A DNA stretch of 64,000 nucleotides. Origin: Eledone cirrhosa. Its lineage: Eukaryota. A program made the translations under genes and the position numbers. Under the pieces are notes generated by a model. It saw only the letters and a program-made list of their open reading frames with translations, was not told where the DNA came from and ran no database searches. Positions 37,512-52,345 of the stretch are shown one piece after another (the first letter of the stretch is position 1; every line of letters starts with the position of its first letter). The DNA is taken from the NCBI GenBank assembly GCA_964016885.1, contig OZ024741.1, forward strand, positions 275,652,001 through 275,716,000. Direction: 5' to 3'.

Positions 37512-38505
37512 AACTACCACTACCACCACTACTACTACCACCACCACCACCACCACCACCACAACTACTACTACTACCACTACCACCATTACTACTACCA
37601 CCACCACCACCACCACCACAACTACCACCACCACCACTACTACCATCAGCACAACCATCACCATTACTACTATCACCACCACCACCACCACTACAACTAC
37701 CACCACCACTACAACTACCACCACCATCACAACTACCACCACCACCACTACTACCATCAGCACAACCATCGCCATTACTACTATCACCACCACCACCACC
37801 ACCACCACCACCATCACAACTACCTCCACCACCACTACTACCACCATCACCACCATCACAACTACCACCACCACCACTACTACCATCAGCACAACCATCG
37901 CCGTTACTACTATCACCACCACCACCACCACCACCACCACCATCACAACTACCTCCACCACCACTACTACCACCATCACCACCATCACAACTACCACCAC
38001 CACCACTACTACCATCAGCACAACCATCACCATTACTATTATCACCACTACCACCACCACTACAACTACCACCACCATCACCACTACCACCACCACCACT
38101 ACTACCATCAGCACAACCATCACCATTACTACTATCACCACCACCACCACCACTACAACTACCACCACCACCACCACCACCACAACCACCATCACCACCA
38201 CAACTACCACAACATGCAATGTTACATCCTCTTCAACTTCTTTACCACCACTACCACCATTACCATCACTACCACCACCCCCACCACCACAACTACCACC
38301 ACCACTACCACCAATACTACCACCACCACCACCACAACTACCACCACCACTACCACCAATACTACCACCACCACCACCACAACTACCACCACCACCACAA
38401 CTACCACCACAACTACCACCACCACTACCACCACCAACACCACCACCACAACTACCACCACCACCACCACCATTACCACTACTAGCACCACCAACACCAC
38501 CACAA
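37512..38505. repeat. (ACC/ACT)n compound microsatellite
   Basis: direct inspection. Confidence 0.95.
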
Positions 38506-39975
38506 CATGTAGACAGTACCATGACCAACTGCCCCTCATGTAGACAATATGTCCCTCATGTAGACAATCTGTCCCCTATGTAGATAATCTGTCCCCCATG
38601 TAGACAATCTGACACTCATATAGACAATCTGTCACCCATGTAGACAATCTCTCACACATATAGACAGTACCATGTCCAACTGTGCTCCATGTAGACAATT
38701 TGTCACCCATGTAGACAATCGGTCCCCCATGTAGACAATCTATCACCCATGTAGACAATCTGTCCCCATGTAGACAATCTATCACCTATGTAGACAATCT
38801 GTCGCCCATGTAGACAATCTGTCACCCATGTAGACAATCTGTTACCCATATAGACAGTACCATGACCAACTGTCCCCCATGTAGACAATCGGTCCCTCAT
38901 GTAGACAATCTATCACCCATGTAGACAATCTGTCCCCATGTAGACAATCTATCACCCATGTAGACAATCTGTCTCCCATATAGACAATCTGTCACCCATA
39001 GAGACAGTACCATGACCAACTGTCCCCCATGTAGACAATCTATCATCCATGTAGACAATCTGTCCCCATGTAGACAATCTGTCACTCATGTAGACAATCT
39101 ATCACCCATGTAGACAATCTGTCCCCATGTAGACAATCTATCACCCATGTAGACAATCTGTCGCCCATGTAGACAATCTGTCACAGATGTAGACAATCTG
39201 TCACCCATAGAGACAGTACCATGACCAACTGTCCCCCATGTAGACAATCTATCACCTATGTGGACAATCTATCACCCATGTAGACAATCTGTCCCCATGT
39301 AGACAATCTGTCACCCATGTAGACAATCTGTCCCCATGTAGACAATCTGTCACTCATGTAGACAATCTGTCACCCATAGAGACAGTACCATGACCAACTG
39401 TCCCCCATGTAGACAATCTATCACCCATGTAGACAATCTATCACCCATGTAGACAATCTGTCCCCATGTAGACAATCTATCACCCATGTAGACAATCTAT
39501 CACCCATGTAGACAATCTGTCCCTATGTAGACAATCTATAACCCATGTAGACAATCTGTCCCCATGTAGACAATCTGTCACTCATGTAGACAATCTGTCA
39601 CCTATAGAGACAGTACCATAACCAACTGTCCCCCATGTAGACAATCTAATACCCATGTAGACAATCTGTCCCCATGTAGACAATCTGACACTTATGTAGA
39701 CAATCAGTCACCCATAGAGACAGTACCATGACCAACTGTCCCCCATGTAGACAATCTATCACCTATGTGGACAATCTATCACCCATGTAGACAATCTGTC
39801 CCCATGTAGACAATCTGACACTCATGTAGACAATCAGTCACCCATAGAGACAGTACCATGACCAACTGTCACTCATGTAGACAATCTTTCACTCATGTGG
39901 TCAGACTGTCTCCCATGTGGACAGTGAAACACTCATGTGGTCAGTGTGTTACCCATGTGGTCAATACCATGACTA
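38506..39975. repeat. 19-20-bp satellite CCCATGTAGACAATCTGTCA with higher-order variant
   Basis: variant AGACAGTACCATGACCAACTGT recurs every ~120-220 bp. Confidence 0.92.
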
Positions 39976-40097
39976 TAAATCAGCAGAGTGTGTCCTGTTA
40001 AGATATGTCCAGGTAACGAAGTCCTCTTAACGAGTCTTTCAATATGGTCAATATATTTGATGGTGTTTATCAGAAGAACACATGGATTGGCTTACAA

Positions 40098-40890
40098 TAT
40101 GTGTATGTATGTGTGTGTGTGTGTGTATGTGAATATGTGTATGTGAGTGTGTATGTGAGTATGTGTGCATGTGTGTGTGTATATATGTATGTGCGTATGT
40201 GTATGTGAGTATGTGTATGCGAGTGTGTATGTGTGTATGTAAGTATGTGTGTGTATGTGTATGTGAGTATGTGTGAGTGTGTATGTGTGTATGTGAGTGT
40301 GTGTGTATGTGTATGTGTATGTGAGTGTGTATGTGTGCATGTGAGTGTGTGAGTGAGTATGTGTATGCGAGTGTGTATGTGTGTATGTGAGTATGTGTGC
40401 ATGTGACTGTGTGTGTGAGTGTGTGTAAGTGTATTGTGAGCATGTGAGTGTATGAGTGTGTGTGTGTGTATGTGTAAGTGTGTGTGTGTGTGTGCAAGCA
40501 TGTGTCTGTATGTGGGAGCATGTGAGTGTGTATGTGTGCATGTGTGTGTGTGTGTGTGCATCTGTGTGTACATGCATGTATGTAAGTGTAATGGTTATTA
40601 GAGTAGACACATGCACACGTGCACATTAATATGCACATGCTCTTACACACACAAGTACATACATATGCATACACATGCTCACAAACATGCACACCCTCAC
40701 AAACACACATATGCATGTGCACATGCACATGCTCACACATATACACAATCACATGTACACACACACACACGCACATGTGCCCATACTCTCATACTCACAT
40801 ACACAGACATGTAAACACAGATATATATTCACACACATATGCACACATACATACATATCAATATCTATACACACACATGCATACACACGT
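40098..40890. repeat. (TG)-rich then (CA)-rich microsatellite in opposite orientations
   Basis: switch near 40600. Confidence 0.85.
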
Positions 40891-41030
40891 TGAGGTTGAT
40901 CTAATCAACTTTCCCCTCCCCAAATTTGTTGGCCTTGTGCCTAAATCAGAAACCATTATTAATCAGGAGTTTGGAACATAACTTAACAAAGATTCCAACA
41001 AAAAATTAGGAAGGAAGTTTTTAGATAAAT

Positions 41031-41219
41031 ATAATTGTTTCTACTTTTGACACAAGGCCAGCAATTACCCCAGTGCATTACTGATACTTTATTTTATTGA
41101 CTCCTTAAGGATGAAAGGCAAAGTTAACCTCAGCGTGATTTGAATTCAGAATATAAAGGCCCATAACGCTATGCTGCAAAGCATGTTGTCTGACGCTCTA
41201 CCGATACTGTCAATCCACT
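41031..41219 (-). mobile_element. SINE family B
   Basis: same central domain; another copy at 42115-42297. Confidence 0.8.
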
Positions 41220-41269
41220 GTCCATGATAAATATTTTAGATAAATATAATTTAGTTTTTAGATAAACAT

Positions 41270-41929
41270 AATGTGATGCTGTATGGTAGTGAAACATGGG
41301 CTGTGACTGCTGAGGACATGCATCGACTGGAGAGAAATGAAGCAACCATGCTTCATTGGATGTGCTATGTAAGTGTAAGAGAAAGGCAGAGCATGAACGA
41401 GCTGAGGGAGAAGCTGGATTTTGGCCATGTTGGAGCAATATTTTCAATGGTTTTTGGTCAATCTTTATTGACCGTAACATTTATTTGAACCTGGTACATG
41501 CTTTAAAACAATGAAAAATCAGGAGGCTTTAGTACATCACAGAATGTGCATAGACAGGAAAGAAATAAAGCAACCATGCTCCGTTGGGAGTGCAATGTAA
41601 GTGTGAGAGAAAGGCAGAGCTTGAACAAGCTGAGGGAGAAGCTGGGTTTAAGAGGAAGCTGAGGTGGTGTGCAGGAGAGAAGACTGCGCTGGTTTGAACA
41701 TGTGGTGTGCATGGATGATGGTCGATGAGTAAAGAAATACCTGGAAATCTCAGTGGAAGGATGCTGCAGTAGAGGTAGACCAAGAAAGACCTGGGCAGAG
41801 GTTGTGAGAGCTGACCTCAGATTGCTGAGACTCACAGAGATGATAAAAAAAAACACAGTGAGTTGAGAGATGCCGTGCTGAGAAGGACCCATCCAACCCA
41901 TACAAGCATGGATAAATGGTCATAAAAAC

Positions 41930-41965
<36 letters not shown>
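41270..41965 (+). mobile_element. decayed RTE 3' fragments
   Basis: LYGSETW...RLERNE; RRLRWFEHV; GRPRKTW; (GAT)n. Confidence 0.75.
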
Positions 41966-42681
41966 ATGATGATAAATATTTAAAATAAACAGTTTTGTAT
42001 TGTAGAACCAGGGGGTGTTTGAGGGTATTGTGTGTCAAAAGAGTTAAATTTAAACTTTATAATTTCATGTTTGAACCTATTTTAAGTTATGTTCCAAAGA
42101 CCAGTTTAAAAATGATAATTGTTTCTACTTTTGGCACAAAGCCAGCAATTATATCAGTGTATTACTGGTACTTTATTTTATCGACCCCGTAAGGATGAAA
42201 GGCAAAGTTAACCTTTGAACTCAGACCGTAAAGGGACGTAACTCTTTGCTGCAAAGCATGGTGTCCGACCCTCTACCGATACTGCCAATCCACCGCCCTT
42301 AAATGTTAATGTCAGTTTAAAAATGATAATGTTAGTTAAATGACTAAATCCTGAAACATTTTTAAACCATGGACAGTGTCTTTTATTAGAAATATGGAAA
42401 TAAAAGCTTTAACACTTTCATGATTGTATTTCTAATGAAATACACTCTATTTTTATTAATTAATGAATAATTTTGAGGGATTTACTAAAATGATTAATTA
42501 TTTCATTACTAAGATAGTAACTTAATGTAAGTTACTATCTTATGCATACAAATAAACTTGAAGATATACATATATATACATCTACACAATGATGTATATA
42601 CTGAGCCGAGGGAGTCTCCATATGATTGCTCAAGTTGTAAGATATAGCAGTCAAATATCTCTCAAATTACACTTTAGGACC

Positions 42682-42921
42682 TTAACCCTTTCGTGACAGC
42701 ATTTCTAATGAAATTCCTTTTATTTTAATTTATTAACAAAGAATTTTGAGGGACTTACTAAAATTATTAATTATTTCATTACTAAAAATATAACTAAATG
42801 TAAGGTTCTTATATAAAATTATGTTGCAAGATTTTAATTTAAATTGGAAACCTTTAAAATGGGTGGTTTTACTACATGGAACCAGAGCTGGCTTAGGCTG
42901 GCTTGGTAACTAAAGGGTTAA
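42682..42921. mobile_element. TTAA MITE (second family)
   Basis: TTAACCCTTT...AAAGGGTTAA; reverse copy ~47300-47810 interrupted by a ~280-bp insert at ~47384-47665. Confidence 0.7.
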
Positions 42922-43323
42922 AGTGCTTACTGGGAAGAGTATCATCATAAAGGTTCTTTAGTTGTTGGTGTGGTTCTGTTTAGTACTAGGTCTACACTGG
43001 TTCAACAGATATAGGATCAAAGACAATCCAGATATCACCATCACATAATTTTCTTCCAGACATCTTGGATTGCATTATCCAATATGTCCTTTCAATTGTA
43101 TGTGGATAATGATGATGATGATAATGATTGTGGTGGTGGATATGATGATGGTGATGGTGGTGATGATGATGATTATGATGATGGTGGTGGTGATGATGTT
43201 GGTGGTGATGATAGTATTGATGATGATGGTAGTGGTGGTTGTGGTAGTGGTGGTGGTGGTGGTAGTGGTAGTGGTGGAGGTCATAGTGGTAGTGGTATTA
43301 TTATTATTATTATCATAAAAGAG

Positions 43324-43520
43324 GGTGGTGGATTGGCAGTATTGGTAGAGGGTCGGACGCCATGCTCTGCAGCAAAGAGTTACGGCCCTTTATGGTCTGA
43401 GTTCAAATCCTGCCGAGGTTAACTTTGCCTTTCATCCTTACGGGGTCGATAAAATAAAGTACCACTAATGTACTGGGTAATTGCTGGCCTTGTGCCAAAA
43501 GTAGAAACAATTATTATTAT
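43324..43520 (+). mobile_element. SINE family B full copy
   Basis: head GGTGGATTGGCAG, B box, (ATT)n tail; further copies 52945-53135(+) and 53859-54040(-). Confidence 0.82.
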
Positions 43521-43529
43521 TATATAAAA

Positions 43530-46475
43530 TAGTCGACTACACAGACCACAAATTTGTGATCTGTGAGATCGACAGAGACAAACTTCATAGACAAGGGCCC
43601 GGTTACTGGAAACTGAACGCGTCTTTCCCGGCGCGCAAAGCCTACAGAGACCGGATTACCGTATTAGTTAAGCGGGCGTTGATGGTAGCGGTCGTCAACA
43701 ACAGGTGGTGGTTCGCCCTGAAAAGGGCAATTAAAGTAGAGTCAATTAGGTTTAGCAAAGGGCTAGTGATAGAGGAAAATAGAGTAGAGGGAGAGCTAGT
43801 CAGAAACCTAGAAGAGGCGTTTAGGACAGGCATCGCAACCGACGTGCTTGCGGCGAGATTGGCACTCGACCAATTCTTCAATGCAAAACACGAAGGCTGC
43901 GTTGTCAGAGCTAGAGCGCGTGCTCTGAAACACGAGGGGACAAAAGCCGTCGAATGGGCCCGGGTGGCAGAGGCGTGACGTGGCAACAAAGCCACAATTT
44001 GGTCTTTGTCTGACCAAAGCGGGTGCGTGATGCTCGAACCCGAGCGGATGTGTGAAGCTTTTCAGCCGTACTATGCTGAACTGTTCGGGAGCAGCGGCGG
44101 ACCGGATCGGGGCATGGACTTCAGTGCATACCTCGACGGACTGCCTCGGCTCTCGACGACTGCAGCACATTGTTGTGAAAAGCCAATAACAGCCAGTGAA
44201 ATACAGGAAGCGATGGCTAACTGCACGAGGGGGTAAATCGGCAGGTTTGGATGGTCTGCCCTACGAGCTTTATGCATTTATGCCAGACTTGTTCGGTGAC
44301 CTCTTGGCAGACGTCTACTGCAACCGGCAGCAGAACGGGAGCATTCTCAGTTTTGTGAGCCGGGGAGTGGTGGCGCTGCTGAGAAAAGACCCGAACAAGG
44401 GAGATGTTATTGATAATTTCAGGCCCATAACCCTGCTAAATGCAGAATTCAAGATTTTGTCCAAGGTGTTAGCAACGAGGTTGGCGCTTGTCGTCAAGGG
44501 TCTGGTGGGAGAGGTGCAGACATGCGCCATTCCGGACAGATCCATACACGACAACCTCCACCTCATGCGATACATCATAGAGAGGGTGGTTAAGGAACAT
44601 GGCACGGGTGGGGCCCTGATCAACTTGGATCAATCCAAAGCATTCAATAGGGTCGACCATCGGTACCTGGCGGCGGTCCTCGAAGCAGCCGGTTTCAGTC
44701 CCGTTTTCAGGGGTTGGATCGCTGCAATGTACAGCGACATCTTGTACATATTGGCGCTCGAGCCATTACTGCACAAACTGGGGGCGATGAGGGGCGTCCC
44801 ACGCCAACTAGGATGCGGGAAATCCGAGTCGGCTTATGCCGCCGACGTCACAGTGGTGGTGTCGAGCACCAGACATGTCCAGATGCTCGGCACCACTCTC
44901 AAGGAATACGAAGCGGTGACAGGAGCAAAGATAAATCAGGAAAAGGCGGTGGGCTTGCAGCTCGGCACCTGGAGAGGCAAGCCCATGCCGTCCGTCAGCG
45001 TCGTGGGGCGTTGGACGGACGGACGGTTAAATTGTTCGGGGTCTGGTTCGGACCAGACCTCCAGATGGAGAAAAACTGGAACGAGGTGACGAGCAAGGTG
45101 GCCTCCCTCACCCAGAAATGGGCCGAGAGAAAGCTGTCCCTGAAAGGCCGGGCGGAGGTGGCGAATGCGTACATCGCATCCGTCATCTGCTACTGCCTCA
45201 CCGTCGTCCCTTGCTCCGGCCCAACTCTCACCAAAATGGAGCGCCTCCTCTTCCACTTTTTGTGGAAGTGACACGCTCCCATGGTCAGACGATCCATCTG
45301 CTGTCAACACCCGTTGCGTGGAGGACTGGGCATGCCATGGCTGATGATGCGCAAACATGCGCTGAGGCTGCAACATCTCTGGTGCTTCCTTGATGGTGAA
45401 CGGGTGTGGTCGCCGTTCGCCAGGCACGTTTTCCCAGAGCTCGTCTCCTTGAGGGAGCTGCAGTCCTGGTCAGAAAAAGACCGAGGGATAGCGCTTGAAA
45501 ACTGGAATGTCTCCAGGCGTTCACTGCCCTCTGCCAGCTGGGCACCAGTATCGGTGGAACATGCACCTCGGCGTTCTATAGAGGACTAGTGGAGGGGAAG
45601 AGCGACAACGTTCTCAGAGAGATCCTGGGTGTCGAAGAAGATCAGCTGTTTGCTCTCTTCCGGAGAACTTTCAGCCCAGGGTCTATGGATAACTTCCAAA
45701 AATCCCTGGCCTGGCAGTGCTACCGGGGAGCACTGCCGGTTCGAGATAAGCTCTACAGGCACAGAAGTGCCGTCAGCCGAGCCTGTCCGAAATGCGCACA
45801 TTGCTGACTTGTGGAGCTATGTCGAACAGTTGCTGTCGCGTGTAGGACTGATCCGGTTATCGACTGAGTCCATTGTGCAGATGGTCTCGCCATCTTCCTT
45901 CGAGGAGGAAGGGCAGGCGGTTTTCATCTGCCTGGTGGCCATGGCGAAAGAGATTGTGTGGTGGACAAGGTTGAAAGGGTTAAAGACAGACACTTTCCTC
46001 TTCGGCGAATCCCTAATTAACTTTTTCAAGTTTCACTTGAAGAGGAAAATCAGGGTGGAGAGGCAAGTGCTGTCTTCTAGCAAGTTTGTTGAAAGGTGGG
46101 TGAATGTAGCGAGAATGGTCCGAGTGAACGGAACCGCTCTGAATATACGTCTGTAGTTTGAGAAATGGAAAAATTGAGAGAGAGCGCTTGCCCTGGTGGT
46201 CAGGATGGCCGTGGTCTTTTGTGTGGTTTTTGCCACGAGTAACCCTCAGAGTTCCCCCCTCCCCCTCCCCCTCCTATTGGGGAATTTTTCATTGTTTCAA
46301 TTTTCATTTTTATTGTTTATATATATATGTTTCTATGTCCTTTTTTTCTTTTCTTATATAAATAATAAAAATATTTACACGCACAAAACCCACATCGTAC
46401 CGTCCTGTACCGTCTGCCATGTTTTTCTTGATGTCAGCCCTTGTGGCCAATAAAGAAATCATTATTATTATTATT
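43530..46475 (+). mobile_element. 5'-truncated L1/Tx1-clade LINE, frameshifted
   Basis: GPGYWKLNAS, GLDGLPYELY, NFRPITLLN, LDQSKAFNRVDH, YAAD, RGGLGMP; AATAAA then (ATT)n. Confidence 0.9.
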
Positions 46476-46531
46476 ATTATTATTATTAGTAGTAGTAGTA
46501 GTAGTAGTAATAGTGGTGGTGGTGGTGGTGC

Positions 46532-46572
<41 letters not shown>

Positions 46573-48488
46573 CTAGTGACATCATTCTGTAACTAATTAC
46601 TAAAGACACATTAAACTAATATTGTCTTAAGCAGTTCGTTTTTAGCTGAGATTTTGTTGTTGTAGTTGCTGTAGTGGTAGTGGTAGTGTTGGTGTTGTAG
46701 TGGTAGTGGTGTAGTGATGTTGGTGTTGTAGTGGTAATGTTGGTGTTGCAGTGGTGGAGTAGTGGTATTTTAGCGGTGGAGGTTGTGTTAGTGTTGTGGG
46801 GATGTTAGTGTTGTAGTGGCGTTATTGTTGTATTGTTGCTGCAGTAGTGGTAGTGTTAGTGTTGTTGTAATAGTGGTGGTGTTGTAGTGTTGTTGGTGTT
46901 GTAGTGGTGATGTTGATGTTGTTGTAGTGGTCTTGTTGCGGTGATGTTGGTGTTGTTGTGGTGGTAGGGGTATTGGTGTTGGAATTGTTGTAGTGTTGGT
47001 ATTGTTGTGGTGTTAGTGTTGTAGTGGTGGTAGTGGTGATGGTATTGTTGTGGTGTTGGTGTTGTAGTGGTAGTAGTGTTGTTGTGGTGTTGCAAAAATG
47101 CTCACGGTTTCAAGGCACACTATCAGAAGAGTTGCGCATGAAGACCTTCAATACAAGACATATGTGATGTGGAGAGGTCAGCTCATGTCTGCAACACAAA
47201 AGATAACTGCCAGATCCACACAAAGCACTTGTTGATCAAGTTGAAATTTCAAGAGCCTGGAATGCTTTGGTTTTTCTCTGTTCTGCTAGAGAATGGGTTG
47301 CATGTGGCTCTGGTTCTATGAAATATAACCATTTTAAAGGTTTCCAATTTAAATTAAAATCTTTCAACATAATTTCATATAAGAGCTGGATTTAATTGGG
47401 TGCAAAGGGGGCAATTGCCCCGGGCTCCCTGCAATGGGGGGCCCCTGTGACAGCCCTAGCAATTTATTTGTGCCCTCAGCTGGACTTTTTAGTTTTAGGA
47501 TGGTTAGAATTTTTGAATTTAATACCTGTATGTATAACTTTTCAATCCCAATTACTTGCACCAATAACTTTGATATGTAAAATTGGGGGAGGAGGTTTCT
47601 AATTTTTTGTGTATGAGGGGCTACCCAAACTTGAAGTGCCCCAGGACGCCCCCGTCTAAATCCATCCTTACATTAAGTTACTATCTTAGTAATGAAATAA
47701 TTAATAATTTTCATAAATCCCTCAAAATTCTTAATTAGTTAATTAAAATAGAGTATATTTTATTAGAAATGAGGTCATGAAAGGGTTAAATGAGGTCATG
47801 AAAGGGTTAAATTGCTCAAGACATGTTGTTTGTTACTTAGCTACTCCAATGATTCCATCAGAAGTTACAGCTCCATACATCCATTGAAATCACACTGGAA
47901 TGTACTTGTTTATGGTAGATACATTAACCTTGTTATAACTTCGTGTAGTCCAGAGGTAATAATTTCAACAAAATCTACTATTGATTAGTCACTATATTGA
48001 TTTATCATGATCAATCAATCAGCCTTTTGAAATGATTCTAAAACAATGAACTGACCACTAAACTTCACTTTTTTCTTCATTGTTTAACGCACGCACACAT
48101 ACGCACATGCATGCACACGCATGCACACACGCACATATATATATATATATATACAGTGAAATAACTATATTTCTCATTATTGAACTGTCGTTTGGAACAT
48201 AACTTAACACATAAGATCATTATGGTAGATTTTTTTAGATACATATAAACATTTTAACAGAAACAGTTTTGTATATATAAAAAAAAATTAATTAAATAAA
48301 ATAAAACCTAGACTGACCTGATGTGCAGGTATTCACATGGACAGAGTATAGTGTGGTTGTAGTGTTAAGATAGGTGACCAAAACGAATCATTTACAGCAA
48401 ATGACCATCACCATATTATCAGACAATCAAACTGCAACGAGATCAGGCATGAAATAAATTGTTTTTTTCTTCTTCCAGTTTCTTTGAT

Positions 48489-49225
48489 GTTGTTGTTGTT
48501 GTTGTGGTGGTGGTGGTGGTGATGGTAATGATGATGGTGGTGGTGGTGGTGGTAGTGTTGGTGGTAGTGGTGGTGATGTTAATGATGGTGGTGGTATTGA
48601 TGGTGGTGATGATGGTAGTGGTGGTGGTGGTAGTGGTGGTGGTGGTGGTGATGGTGGTAGTGGTGGTGGTGGTGGTGATGGTGGTGGTGGTGATGGTGGT
48701 GGTAGTGTTGGTGGTAGTGGTGTTCGTGGTGGTGGTGGTAGTGGTGGTGGTTGTAGTGATGGTGGTAGTGGTGGTAGTGGTAGTGATGATAGAGATGGTG
48801 GTAGTAGTGGTGGTGGTAGTGGTAGTGGTGGTGTGGTGGTGGTAGTGGTAGTGATGATGGTGGTGGTGGTAGTGGTAGTGGTGGTGGTAGTGGTAGTGAT
48901 GATGGTGGTGGTGGTAGTGGTAGTGGTAGTGGTGGTGGTAGTGGTGGTGGTAGTGGTAGTGATGATGGTGGTGGTGGTAGTGGTAGTGGTAGTAGGTGAT
49001 GGTAATGGTGGTGGAAGTGGTAGTGATGGTAGTGATGGTGGTAGGAGTGGTGGTGGTAGTGGTGGTGTGGTGGTGCTAGTGGTGGTGGTGGTGGTGGTAG
49101 TAGTGGTAGTGATGGTAGAGATGGTGGTAGTAGTGGTGGTGGTAGTGGTGGTGTGGTGGTGGTAGTGGTAGTGATGGTGGTGGTGGTGGGGGGGGGGGGT
49201 AGTGGTAGTGGTAGTGGTGGTGGTG
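48489..49225. repeat. (GGT/GTA/GAT)n microsatellite
   Basis: direct inspection. Confidence 0.95.
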
Positions 49226-49345
49226 AGTCAATGATAATCCTTTAATTACAATAGGCAGTCACTGGAACCAAGAAATGAAAACAAACTACATAAATAATGC
49301 ACCAATCATAACATACACATACATATACATACATATATATATATA

Positions 49346-49376
<31 letters not shown>

Positions 49377-49869
49377 ACATATATATACACACATATAACA
49401 TATATATATATATATATACATATATACATACACACATATACATGCACATACACACATGCACATATATACATATATACACATATACACATACATACCTAAC
49501 CCTAACCCATACTAGCGTGGAAGATGGACGTTAAACGATGATGATAATGATGATGATGATGACATATTGTACACATATACACACACAAGCACATATATAC
49601 AGTAATACATACTCTTATAAACATACATCCATACACACATACATGTACACATACACATACGTGCATATACATACACATGCATATATATATATAGACATAC
49701 GTGCATATACAAACACACACACACATGCATATATATATACACATACATGCATATATATACATACACACATGCATATATATATACACGTATGTGCATATAC
49801 ATACACATGCACACAGGTATATAAATACACACATATACACATACGTGCATATATATACACATACACACA

Positions 49870-49901
<32 letters not shown>

Positions 49902-49989
49902 CTCGTACATATATACATAGATACAGATACATAGATACAGATGCATACACACAAACACATATATTAATACATACACACACATGTACAAA

Positions 49990-50200
49990 GACACGTTTGA
50001 TTGCTACTTCTTGTCAGAAGAGTGCCATCCCTTCATTGAACATTGCATGATCATGTGCATACAGGTGACTTTTCAAACTGGCTTTTGTTTTGCAGGTACG
50101 TTCACAGATGTGACACTTGAACTGTCTGTCTCCTGCCAAAACCGGCTGGGGTATGTCTTCATGCATTTTACCATGTCTGGTCAGTCCTCCCACTGACTTG
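49990..50200 (-). mobile_element. RTE/BovB-like C-terminal zinc-finger fragment
   Basis: FKCHICERTCKTKASLKSHLYAH; related debris ~51050-51480 and ~47095-47300. Confidence 0.55.
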
Positions 50201-50269
50201 CAAATTAACCCTTTAGCATTCACATTACTTTATATATACTATTGTATTTTCATGGTAAAGGCTTTATAT

Positions 50270-50478
50270 AATAATTAATAATAATAATGAAATTATTGTG
50301 TAAAGTGTTCAGGTGCACTACAACTCGTCAATATAGTACATAGAATAATACACAAATGTCAGGGAAGTACATGTGTGTATGTGTTAGCTGTAGTGTTGGC
50401 GGATCTCGGGAAGCATGGAGGCCTTAAAGGATGCAGTGTCTCGACAGCTAACAACAGATGCAGGTAGTTTGTTCCATC
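50270..50478 (-). mobile_element. CR1-like LINE 3' end inserted in a TTAA MITE
   Basis: WNKLPASVV...SFK motif. Confidence 0.6.
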
Positions 50479-51932
50479 TCACATAATTATCTCACATAAT
50501 ATCGAGGGGGAAGTGTTACAGGTGTGGAAGACTAAAATGATTATAACTTGTAATTAAAATTCCATTTCATCCTAGTTAAATACAGAAGTGTTAACAATTG
50601 GTTGACTTAAAAAGCAATGAGAAAATTTGGAATGCATGTGTCCCAACACAAGTGACTACAACTACCACTTGTGTTCTGATAATGAGAAACATGTAAGGGT
50701 GAGAACTCCATATAGCCTCGACTGAACAATTTATCCCTTTAGCATTCACATTATTTTCTTTCATCCTTACAGGGTCGATAAAATAAAGTACCAGTAATGC
50801 ACTGGGTAATTGCTGGCCTTGTGCCTAAAGCAGAAACAATTATTTTATATATAATATTATATTTTCATGGTAAAGGCTTTACCTCACATAATTATCTCAT
50901 ATAATATCGAATCTATGAGATTTTGAAAGTATTTATTTTGAGAACAATACCTTAACATCAGTTTGAGCGACCAGTTACAACCAGTTTCAACAGAAAAAGG
51001 TAGAGAATTCTGACCAATTTTGGCCGGTTTGAATATTAAAGGGTTAAGCCACACTCACTGCAAGTGTACAGTGGAGTGTGTGAGGGTAGATCCATTTCAC
51101 AGTTGGCTTGGTTTTTCTCTGGTTCGTGTGGTTTCAGATGGTAAGCAAAACCAGCTCTTGTTAGAAAAAATAGGTCACTTACATTGCACCTCAATTCCTG
51201 CTGGATTTTTGCAGGCATTGCACTTGACTCCCACTTAGGAAGTGAACACTTCAAAGCAGCATGGCTCCACTCGCTTTTTCTCATGAAATATGAAAGCAAA
51301 AATGAACTTCAATGGGACACTTTCAGAGCCAATTTCAGTGGAAAATGGTGTCAAACAAGGTGATATACCTATACCCTCTATTCTCCATCTACTTTGCTGT
51401 GCTGCTGACATATGCCTTCCAAGATTACAAAATCAGTGTATACTTGTGAATTAGAACCTCTGGCAAAGTCTTTAGTCTAAGACACATATACACATGCTCA
51501 TATAAACATATAAATACACACACACATGGGAACGTACAAAAGCAGAATGCAGGGCCTGTGACCCACCAGAAGGCCAGTGGAGCTGCTTCAGGGAAACTGG
51601 GTATTAAATGATGATGAGGATGATGAGGAGAATGAGGACAAACAGGATGATGATGATGATGAAGAGGAGGAGGAGGAGGGTGAAGATGACAATGAGGATG
51701 ATGATGTTGATGATGATGAGGGTGATGATGAGAATGATGATGATGATGAGGAGTATGATGATGGTGGGGATGATGATGATGATGAGGAGGAGGAGGAGGA
51801 GGAGGAAGAGGTCATGCTTCTCTAGGACTTGGCAGATTGGATGACCATCTTGCTCATATCTTCCATTTTGCTAATTTTCCTTTTTTATTCAGTTGGATGC
51901 CTTTCCAAATGGTACCCACTTTATACACCTGT

Positions 51933-51973
<41 letters not shown>

Positions 51974-52178
51974 CTCTATGTACAAAACAGTTTTTTCCCC
52001 TTTCAGATAGACACACTCCATCATCACCTTTTCGAAAAAAAAAGGCCACCATCAACAGTTTTCCAAGAGATGGCAACATCAATGGACCTGTTATTTTTCC
52101 CTAAAATTTTTTTTTCATATTCCCCCACTGCCCGTCTCCCCAATCTTTTTTTTTATTTCTTCTTTATTTCTCCTTCTT

Positions 52179-52214
52179 TCTTCTGATGAAGGACTAGCGT
52201 CTGAAACGTGAAGA
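52179..52214 (+). ncRNA. minimal hammerhead, cleavage triplet mutated to GUG
   Basis: TCTT-CTGATGA-A-GGAC-TAGC-GTCT-GAAA-CG-TG-AAGA. Confidence 0.6.
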
Positions 52215-52304
52215 CTATTTTCCTACTATATCAAGCATAGAACTAACAATATATTTCTTCATTGTACTGTGTTCGCTTTGTTATTTCTGTTTGTCTTTTG
52301 CATA

Positions 52305-52345
<41 letters not shown>

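Noticed and set aside
37350-38583. Long poly-Thr/poly-Val/poly-Pro ORFs
   Set aside because: Translations of stop-free trinucleotide microsatellite, open on both strands
38506-39975. CRISPR-like regular repeats (also 55860-57003)
   Set aside because: No unique spacers, no cas genes, eukaryotic context
48318-48432. Minus-strand segment bounded by ttgcag and cag|gtcagt
   Set aside because: No recognisable protein; could be a UTR exon but unsupported without transcripts
51577-51844. Acidic Asp/Glu ORF
   Set aside because: (GAT/GAG)n microsatellite with no splice or homology support
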